This document shows positions 7,431 to 14,419 of a stretch of DNA of 37,263 nt, in pieces (position 1 is the stretch's first letter; every line of letters starts with the position of its first letter). Origin of the DNA: Archangiaceae bacterium (GTDB taxonomy: Bacteria > Myxococcota > Myxococcia > Myxococcales > Myxococcaceae); assembly GCA_043750125.1 (NCBI GenBank), contig JAYVCD010000376.1:1-37263 (forward strand), in the 5' to 3' direction. The notes beneath the pieces are model-generated. The model searched no databases. It had not been told where the DNA came from and worked only from the letters and a program-made list of their open reading frames with translations. Made by a program: the position numbers and the translations under genes.

Positions 7431-9449
7431 TTAGTGCTTGCACCATTGGGCCGCAGTCGTCGGCTGAACGCCCGGTGCCAGGCCCTGCTTGCTGCCCGGG
7501 TCGACGAACTTGTGGCTGGCGTAGTTGTACTGGTTGGGAGTCGGGGTGAGGTTGTTGGTCGAGTCGACGCAGATCGCACTGCCACCTCCGTCGGTCGCAG
7601 GCCCATCTCGGGTCGGGTCCGCAAAGTGCGAAGGCAATGTCTCTACGTCGCAACTCGAGAGCATGCCGGCATCGAGGTGAGCGGTGATCAACGCCGCGGT
7701 CCAGAAGTCGCCGCTGGCACCGGCGCCCGGCTTGTTCATCAGCGGGAACTTCGTCTGGCCCGTCGCCGGGTTGTAGCCAATCGAAAGGACGCGCGCGCCG
7801 TTGCAGTACAGATTCACGTGCGGACGCGCGTTCGGCGTGCCGCTGTTGTTGCCGAAGTGGTTCACGCCGACGACGAAGCGATCCTTGTCCTTCGGGTTGT
7901 CGATGTTGATGTTCTCTGGCCCGCAGTACTCGTTGCCGTTCGGATCATCGATCGCGCGGTTGCAAGTGACGTTGTCGCGATCGAGCCGTGGATTGGTGCA
8001 CACGCCTGCGCCGCGCTTGCTCCCCCACCCCTGACAGGCGGAATTGGGCGAGTTGGCGTAGCCCCACCCCGGAGGTCCAGAACCGGTCGGGCAACCACTG
8101 GCGACGAAGTAGTAGCAGTCCTGGAGCAGCCCAATCGCGTTGTTGCTGCAGACGGTGTCCCAGCCCTTGTTGGCGCAGCTGGTTCCCTGCAGACGGGCAA
8201 AGTGGAGATCGATGTCGTTGCCGTCAGAGAGCCCCTGGCCTCCGACCGTGTCCCAGCACAGCTCCGCGCGGACTCCGGGTGCCCGGACCCGAACTTTCTG
8301 AGTGCAGACGTAGTGGGTCCCGCTGAGGTCGAACTCGCCCTGCACCGTGTAGTCACCGGAGAGCGCGAAAGCGGGGAAGATCCGGCCGCCGGCCACTCCT
8401 GCACCAAAGTTCGGAGCCTGAATTGCGATCAACGGTTCGTTGGCAGTGGCCACGTACTTCGAGAGCACCGAATCAAATTTCACCGGGGCCCGAGCGCCCT
8501 TGCGTGCGCCCGCTGCAGCCGAGTCGGGCTGGTTGTAAATGGCGAACGTCGGAAACGGCAGCACGTTGTCGCAATCGCCGCCGAGCACGGTCCACGTCCA
8601 GCCCGTCGTCATCGCCCGCTTCGTCACGTCGACCCACAGCGAGCCATCGATGAGCGGAATCGCGGCCGGCGGCGGAAACGGAGCGAACTGCAGCTCGGCC
8701 GTCGGACACACCACGTCCGAGGCGCACTTGCAGCCGGTGATCGCGCTGTTGCCTGCAAGGCCGTCGCAGTTGAAGTCACCCGGCGCGCAGCTGTCGTACT
8801 TCGCAGGTTGGCTTGCACCGCGGCACAGGCCGCTCCAGGCGGTGAGCTCGCCACCCGAGCAATCGACAGTGCCCTTCGCGTTGGGAATGCACCACCCGAC
8901 CGGCTGCTTCGAAGCGGGGTCGGCCTGGGTGGCAGGAACGAGAAAACAATCTTTCGTCTGACCGTTGCCCGGGCACGGGCACCCTTCGTCAACCAGGCCG
9001 TCGCAGTCGTCATCGAACCCGTTGCCCGTCGCGCCGTTGAGCAGCCCCGCGCCTACCCCGCGCGCGGCGAGAAATTGATCGGTGACGCCGTCGCACTCAT
9101 TGGCCGTGGGAGGCCCGCACTTCCTCGGAAACGGTGGGTTGCCCGCATCAATCGGGCCGCAGCCGCCATCGTAGTAAGGCAGCGTGCCGCCATCGTCAGG
9201 CTCGAAGTTGCCGCCGTCGTCGACGAACCCGCCACCCGTTCCGGTCGCGCCCCCTGAGCCCCCCCCGACTCCGGCGGAACCGCCCGCTCCGCCGGTTGCA
9301 TTTCCGCCGCCGGCTGCGTTGCCGCCCGCGCCTCCGGTGGCATGGCCACCTCCCGAGCCGCCGTTGATGTCCACCTTCGAGGAGCAGGTGCAGCCGACGG
9401 TGAGAAACAGAGGCGATGCAAGGATGAGCCAGCGAAAGTTGGGCGCCAT
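7431..9449 (-). CDS. Cys-rich lipoprotein with Gly-rich linker, MopE-like metal-binding repeats and a YfaP/DUF2135-like C-terminal region
   Basis: Lipobox-like FLTVGC. Poly-Gly linker. DDDCDGLVDEGC and GDFNCDG repeats. ELCWD...DIDLH...LDRDN...GPENINI motif series. Confidence 0.8.
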   Translation of the reverse strand: MAPNFRWLILASPLFLTVGCTCSSKVDINGGSGGGHATGGAGGNAAGGGNATGGAGGSAGVGGGSGGATGTGGGFVDDGGNFEPDDGGTLPYYDGGCGPIDAGNPPFPRKCGPPTANECDGVTDQFLAARGVGAGLLNGATGNGFDDDCDGLVDEGCPCPGNGQTKDCFLVPATQADPASKQPVGWCIPNAKGTVDCSGGELTAWSGLCRGASQPAKYDSCAPGDFNCDGLAGNSAITGCKCASDVVCPTAELQFAPFPPPAAIPLIDGSLWVDVTKRAMTTGWTWTVLGGDCDNVLPFPTFAIYNQPDSAAAGARKGARAPVKFDSVLSKYVATANEPLIAIQAPNFGAGVAGGRIFPAFALSGDYTVQGEFDLSGTHYVCTQKVRVRAPGVRAELCWDTVGGQGLSDGNDIDLHFARLQGTSCANKGWDTVCSNNAIGLLQDCYYFVASGCPTGSGPPGWGYANSPNSACQGWGSKRGAGVCTNPRLDRDNVTCNRAIDDPNGNEYCGPENINIDNPKDKDRFVVGVNHFGNNSGTPNARPHVNLYCNGARVLSIGYNPATGQTKFPLMNKPGAGASGDFWTAALITAHLDAGMLSSCDVETLPSHFADPTRDGPATDGGGSAICVDSTNNLTPTPNQYNYASHKFVDPGSKQGLAPGVQPTTAAQWCKH

Positions 9450-9475
9450 GGCCGGCTACCGTATGGCAGCGCTCC

Positions 9476-10363
9476 TCAAGTTTCCAACGCGACGACTTTG
9501 AGCGCGGAAGGTTGGGCGAAGTCGATGCTTGACGCGCCGAACGCGGCCTGCTTTTTCCCGCGGCCACCCAGACCTGCACCCACCTGTCGCTCGAACGCCT
9601 CAGCATCGAGGCCTTCGAGGTTGCAGCAGGCCAGCAGCGTTCCTCCCGGAGCCAGCACTTGCTGCGCTGCTTCGATGAGCTGCGGGTAGTCGGTCTCGGC
9701 GCGGAAGCGGCGCCCAGAAGTGCTCGAGAACGACGGAGGGTCGACCACCACCATCTCGAACTGCTCGCCCTTTTTTGCAAAGCGCGACAGCCAGCCGAAG
9801 CAGTCGCCGGCGATGAAGTCTTTTCGGTTGGGTTGCAAGCCGTTGAGCTTCAGGTTGCGCTCGCCCCAGTCGAGCACTTTGCGCGACAGATCGACGTTCA
9901 CCGCCCGAGCCGCTCCGCCGAGCAGCGCGGCGACCGCAAAGCCGCAGGTGTACGCGAAGAGGTTGAGCACGGTGCGCCCCTGCGCATGAGCGCGCACCCA
10001 GGCACGGGCATCGCGGGCATCCAGATAGAGGCCGACCGAGAGGCCGTTGCCAGGGCGAATCTCGAAGCGCGCGCCGGCCTCGTGGACTTCGAGGCTCTCG
10101 GTGTGCTCGCCCCACAGCGGCTTCGAGGGAGCGACCTCTTCAGGGCTGCGACTGGCCTCGCGGTGGGCCTGGCGCGGGCGGCGCTTCAGATACACCGCGC
10201 GCACCTTTGCCAGCGCGGCCACCTGCTGACCGAGCGCGGCTTCTTCCTCGGGCGAGAACGGACGGTAGAGGCTCAAGACCGCGACCGTGCCGAAGAGGTC
10301 GGCGGTGTAGTCGGCGCGATCTACGAGACGAAAGGTGTCGGTGTCCGCGGGCAGCGGTTTCAC
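9476..10363 (-). CDS. Class I SAM-dependent methyltransferase, RlmI/RlmK-like (no PUA domain)
   Basis: Motifs GLYLDARDAR, VLNLFAYTCGF, NVDLS and DPPSF. GTG start at 10363 overlaps the upstream TGA (GTGA). About 295 aa. Confidence 0.88.
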   Translation of the reverse strand: MKPLPADTDTFRLVDRADYTADLFGTVAVLSLYRPFSPEEEAALGQQVAALAKVRAVYLKRRPRQAHREASRSPEEVAPSKPLWGEHTESLEVHEAGARFEIRPGNGLSVGLYLDARDARAWVRAHAQGRTVLNLFAYTCGFAVAALLGGAARAVNVDLSRKVLDWGERNLKLNGLQPNRKDFIAGDCFGWLSRFAKKGEQFEMVVVDPPSFSSTSGRRFRAETDYPQLIEAAQQVLAPGGTLLACCNLEGLDAEAFERQVGAGLGGRGKKQAAFGASSIDFAQPSALKVVALET

Positions 10364-11556
10364 GCGCGGGCCCAGATCGCTTCGACGGCTTTGGCTGCCT
10401 CGGTGGCCAGCTCGGTGAAGTCGGTGCCGAGCAACTGCCCTTCGCGAACCACGACCCGACCGCCGACGATGGTCCAGGCGACGGGCGCCAGCGACAGCCG
10501 ATTCCACTGCACCGCAGCGCCCGCTTCGATCGCCTCGAGCACGACGAGATCTGCGGTGACGCCCTGGGCCACCTCGCCGAACTTCGCGTCGAAGACTGCC
10601 CCCAGAAAACGCGAGGGACCCTCGAACAACATCTGCCACGGAACTTCGGCGACCCGGTTGACCCGGCCGGCCCGCGACGCGCTCTCGGCGGCGCCGACTC
10701 CTGCGCTGACCGCCGCCCAGAGCGTCCGCACTCCCGCGGTGCAGGGCCCAAGCGGAACCCCCGAAGTGAGCATCGCCTCGAAGCCCCCCTGGTGATGAAA
10801 GTCGAGCCACGGGGCGAGCAGGGTCTTGCGCGCCGAGGCGAGTTGAACTCCGGGCCCGTCGAGGGTGCGGGCGAAGGACCCGACGGTGCGCGGGGTGAGC
10901 AGGCCGAAACCATCGAGCCGTGAAGCGACCTGAAGTCCGTAGTGCGAGAACGTGGTTCCGAGGTCTTCCTCGTCTTCGGCAAGCCTTAGGTGAACGCCGC
11001 AGTCGAGGTCGCGCCGCAGCTTGCTGGCGTGGGTGAGGCAGGCCTCGTCGCACCGCGAGGACGAGGCGAGCCCCAACAGGACCCGGACCCCCTCGCCTCG
11101 AGTGGCCCCAATCGCGGCAGCATTGGCGTCGAGCTCGGCCGGGGTGGTGCTGGCGTGCGAATGAATCAGCCGGGCTCCCAGGCGCTGGGCCACGGCAGCC
11201 TGCGAACGCAGCGCCGCTTCGACCATCGTCGGGGCGTGCAGGTGCTCGATGTGGGTGGTGACGCCCTGGCGAAGTCCCAGGGCCAGCGCGTGGGCCGAGA
11301 TCGCGGCCAGTTCATCGGGCTGGGCGGTGCCGCGGCCGCGCTGCGCTGCGAGCAGCTGGCTGTGGCAATCGACCAGGCCTGGCATCACCAACCGGCCCGC
11401 GCAGGGCACGACCCAATCACCGGGCAAAGCGGGAATCGCCGCGTCGGGCTCGACGCGCTGGATCTGGGAGCCCTCGATGAGGACGACCTGACCCCGGGCG
11501 ACGGCTCCACCCGAGCGGAGAACACTGCAATTCTTGAGGAGTAGGCGGCCCTCCAT
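10360..11556 (-). CDS. Amidohydrolase-fold protein (SsnA/SAH-deaminase-like) with degenerate active site
   Basis: GRLVMPGLVDCH, GVTT, ADLVVL and TIVGGRVVVREG mark the fold. Most metal ligands are substituted (see findings). Confidence 0.85.
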   Translation of the reverse strand: MEGRLLLKNCSVLRSGGAVARGQVVLIEGSQIQRVEPDAAIPALPGDWVVPCAGRLVMPGLVDCHSQLLAAQRGRGTAQPDELAAISAHALALGLRQGVTTHIEHLHAPTMVEAALRSQAAVAQRLGARLIHSHASTTPAELDANAAAIGATRGEGVRVLLGLASSSRCDEACLTHASKLRRDLDCGVHLRLAEDEEDLGTTFSHYGLQVASRLDGFGLLTPRTVGSFARTLDGPGVQLASARKTLLAPWLDFHHQGGFEAMLTSGVPLGPCTAGVRTLWAAVSAGVGAAESASRAGRVNRVAEVPWQMLFEGPSRFLGAVFDAKFGEVAQGVTADLVVLEAIEAGAAVQWNRLSLAPVAWTIVGGRVVVREGQLLGTDFTELATEAAKAVEAIWARA

Positions 11557-11580
11557 GCGCGGCTAGAGTGTACGTCGATC

Positions 11581-11766
11581 ATGCCCAGCCACAGCGCGAC
11601 ATTGATCGAAGCGGTGCGCGCGGGTGACGGGTGGAAGGTGCGCGCGCGCCTCAAATGCGGGTGCGAAGTGGCGCTGACGGTGCCGGAAGATCGGGTGGTC
11701 GAGGTGATCGGCGGGGGGAAGATCCTGGTCGGCAAATACCGCTGCCCCAACGACCATCCGGTCTAA
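11581..11766 (+). CDS. Small hypothetical protein with CxC and CxxxH motifs (possible metal binder)
   Basis: 61-aa ORF that exactly fills the gap, with GC3-rich codons. LKCGC and YRCPNDHP motifs. TAGAGT -10-like hexamer 11 nt upstream of the ATG. Confidence 0.7.
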   Translation: MPSHSATLIEAVRAGDGWKVRARLKCGCEVALTVPEDRVVEVIGGGKILVGKYRCPNDHPV

Positions 11767-11804
11767 AGAAAACGGCCGGGAACCTTCAAGGGGTGCCCGG
11801 CCGT
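11766..11804 (-). terminator. Rho-independent terminator for the Flp pilin (possibly bidirectional)
   Basis: ACGGCCGGG (11772-11780) / CCCGGCCGT (11796-11804) stem with extra inner pairing, followed on the minus strand by TTTCTTT. Confidence 0.75.
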
Positions 11805-11830
11805 ACGGAGTTTCAAATGAGAGGAGAATA

Positions 11831-12091
11831 TCAGTAGGCGTTGTTCTGACCAAAGTTCATCATCTTCTTCTTGTTCAACTTGTCGTTCTGGACTGCGCCT
11901 ACGGTGTTCGCCTGCTTCACATCTTCGTTCCCTGCCAGCGAGTCGGCCGACATTGCGAAGAGGCGGCGGATGTTGTCGCCAAAGAGCGTGATGATTCCGA
12001 TCGCCGCAATCGCGATCAACGCAACGATGATGATGTACTCGGTCATTCCCTGTCCTCGGCGGACATTGCGGCGAATCGTGGTCTTCTTCAT
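11831..12091 (-). CDS. flp: Flp/Tad family type IV pilin
   Basis: Basic leader MKKTTIRRNVRRG, then QGMTEY (E+5, Y+6 Flp motif) and hydrophobic IIIVALIAIAAIGIITLFG. GGAG RBS; 86 aa. Confidence 0.9.
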   Translation of the reverse strand: MKKTTIRRNVRRGQGMTEYIIIVALIAIAAIGIITLFGDNIRRLFAMSADSLAGNEDVKQANTVGAVQNDKLNKKKMMNFGQNNAY

Positions 12092-12166
12092 TTTCTGCTC
12101 CGTTGTTGCGGTCAGGTTGCGTGAGGTGAACAGAGTATCGGGCCGGGTCGATTTTCCCTCCATACG

Positions 12167-14419
12167 TCAACGGGTGGATGGGTCGACCCGGAAGGATTGC
12201 AAGGGTCTCGGCAATGTTTTCAAGCGCCTGAGCACCGCAACCACAGCCGCCCACCCCAATGCCGACATCCAGCCCCCCCACTGAACCGAAGCCGGGCGGT
12301 ATTCCATTCGAACAATGGCCGGGCCGGGGTCGATTCGGACCGCCCGAAGCAGAGAATCGGCTCGGAGAATGGGGGTGGGCACGTCATTCACGAACGCGAC
12401 CCAGCCGGGGTAGTGGCTGTCGGCGACGACCAGATAGCCCCGGGCGCAGGCGTCGACGGACAGCCGAAGCCTTTCGGGAGATCGCTCTTCGAGCGCAACA
12501 GAGGACTCACACCAAGGGCCGTCCAGGCGCTGGCCCTCGGCGAGCGCGACTTCGGTTCGCAGCAACGCGGAGTGGTTTCGCAATTGGTCGAGCGCCTGGG
12601 CGTCGCTGACCACCCGCGCCCGGGTCACCACCCACGCTCGGGGAAAGGCGGTGCGCGAGCGGTAGGCGCGGCTCCACCCGGTCTCGTTCATCGGCTCGAG
12701 ATCCGAGAACGGGGCGGGCCCGTGCCGGACGAAATGGGTGACTCCGAAGACGTCGTAGGGACCGCGCGGCTCGGCTTCCAGCGCGTCGGTCTGCCGCCAC
12801 GGGTCGCGGAACCCGTAGCCTTCGACCATCGCGAGCGATTCCTCGAGGGGCCGAAGGCCGACCAGATTCTCACGGCTGTCGCCGATGAATTCCCGACGCA
12901 AATAGTCGCGCTCGTCCAGCTGCAGCTGCGGCAACGACTCGCCGTCTTCGACGTTGATCGACATTCGGCCGTGGGGCTCGGCGCGAATCGCCGCGGCGAG
13001 CCTTCCGGGCTCAGAGAGCCGGTGCGCAGGGACCAGGGCCACGTGGCCGATCAGCTGATTGGCAAATGCCAGCTCGGCAGCGACCAGCGCCAGAACCGCG
13101 GCGCCTACCCTACGACTTCCCGGGGCGCCGCCTCCAAGCACCGCAAAACAAACGCCGACGGCCGCGACCCAGACCCCGAACCACAGCGCGCCAGACTTCA
13201 TCCCCTCGCGCCAGGGGGCCAGTCCGGCGAGAAACTGAAGCAGCGGAAGTAGGACCGCCGTGGCCACCAACACCAGCGCCAACGCGCGCACCCGCGATCG
13301 GTGAGGGCGAGCCCAGACGGTGAGGCGACGCAGGCCCTGGGCGCTGAGCAGCGAGATGCAGAAGGCCAGCCCGAAGGCGTACTTCACCGGGTGACGAAAC
13401 CCGGACAACGGGGGCAGCGACAGCAGCAGCCGGGCGGGAAGGAAGTGCCGGCCCAGGCACAGCACCGCGCACCCGATCGCCACCGCAACGAGGACGGCGA
13501 GCTTCTTGTTCTTTCGCACACAGAGCAGGGCGAGCAGACCGCAGATGGAGCCGACGAACAGCGAGGTCGCAAGCCATTGGTCGGGGCCGTCGGCGGCGAG
13601 CGAGCGCGGGTGGTCGGCCCAGGGCCAGAACATCGAGAGCAGCTGGGCCGGCGAGGTGCTCCAGAAAGAGGCGTCTTCCAGCAGGGCCCCCGGGCTTACG
13701 GAGGCCTTCCACAACTCGAGGGCGGGCAGCGCTGCGACCGCACACAGCAAGAAACCCCAGGCCACGGCCAGGGCGAGGAACGGCAGCGCGCGGACCGCAG
13801 CTCGCCCCGAGCAGGCAAGGCCAAGGGCCAACGCGCCCTGCCAGAGAACGACCTCGGGAGCGCCGCAGAAGAAAGAAAGCGCCAGGGGAATCGCGAGCCA
13901 GGCGGCGGCGCGAACCGAGGGTCTGCGTGCGAGGTGGAGCGCGGCGGCGACGATGAAGCCGCTCCACGCCATCGCCGAGGCCATGTGCAGCGATCCCGCC
14001 AGTCGGGTGAACAGCGGAGTGAAGGCAAAGGCCCCGGCCACCGCCGCCGGAATCCGACCGCCTCCAAGTCTTCGCGAAGCAAACCACGCGCCGGCTGAGC
14101 CCAGCGCAGCGTGAAAGACGATCGACGCTTGAATCCCCCACGTCGGGCCGAACAGCAGCACGAGCAAGACGTGCGGTGGGTAGAACGCCTCGGAAGTGAG
14201 CGTCGCAGCGAAGGGCTGGCCGAGGCGAACCAGAGGGTTCCACAGCGGCACCTGGCCCTGGAGCAGACGGTCGCGCAGGTACGCGGCTTCGGGAATGAAG
14301 AGCCGGAAGATGTCGCGCCCGGCTTCGATCGTCCCGTCGAAAAGGTAGCGGTGAATGAAGAGCAGCGCGGCCAACCACAGCACCCAGAGCCAACGGCTCG
14401 AGCTCCGCGTCAAGGACAC
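12167..14419 (-). CDS. YfhO family polytopic membrane protein (GT-C-like glycosyltransferase)
   Basis: Motifs GRD...F.P, GQVPLWNP...GQPF, FYPP, AFPRAW, LVVADSHYPGWVAFV, ADSLLRAV and MEYRP, with many TM helices. Start is GTG 14419 or TTG 14413, overlapping the upstream stop. Confidence 0.88.
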   Translation of the reverse strand: MSLTRSSSRWLWVLWLAALLFIHRYLFDGTIEAGRDIFRLFIPEAAYLRDRLLQGQVPLWNPLVRLGQPFAATLTSEAFYPPHVLLVLLFGPTWGIQASIVFHAALGSAGAWFASRRLGGGRIPAAVAGAFAFTPLFTRLAGSLHMASAMAWSGFIVAAALHLARRPSVRAAAWLAIPLALSFFCGAPEVVLWQGALALGLACSGRAAVRALPFLALAVAWGFLLCAVAALPALELWKASVSPGALLEDASFWSTSPAQLLSMFWPWADHPRSLAADGPDQWLATSLFVGSICGLLALLCVRKNKKLAVLVAVAIGCAVLCLGRHFLPARLLLSLPPLSGFRHPVKYAFGLAFCISLLSAQGLRRLTVWARPHRSRVRALALVLVATAVLLPLLQFLAGLAPWREGMKSGALWFGVWVAAVGVCFAVLGGGAPGSRRVGAAVLALVAAELAFANQLIGHVALVPAHRLSEPGRLAAAIRAEPHGRMSINVEDGESLPQLQLDERDYLRREFIGDSRENLVGLRPLEESLAMVEGYGFRDPWRQTDALEAEPRGPYDVFGVTHFVRHGPAPFSDLEPMNETGWSRAYRSRTAFPRAWVVTRARVVSDAQALDQLRNHSALLRTEVALAEGQRLDGPWCESSVALEERSPERLRLSVDACARGYLVVADSHYPGWVAFVNDVPTPILRADSLLRAVRIDPGPAIVRMEYRPASVQWGGWMSALGWAAVVAVLRRLKTLPRPLQSFRVDPSTR

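Noticed and set aside
7431-9449. Naming the lipoprotein as a known gliding factor such as CglD
   Set aside because: Only generic Cys-rich and acidic motifs are shared. Orthology cannot be supported from the sequence alone.
10364-11053. N-terminal extensions of the methyltransferase ORF (similarly 17167-17976, 4009-4389, 1089-1451)
   Set aside because: They overlap real genes in another frame. Start/stop overlaps (GTGA/ATGA) define shorter genes for the first three; for 1089-1451 the family motifs only begin after 1452.
12198-12214. Possible sigma-54 promoter for the Flp pilin (TGCCGAGACCCTTGCA on the minus strand)
   Set aside because: It has GC instead of the invariant GG at -24.
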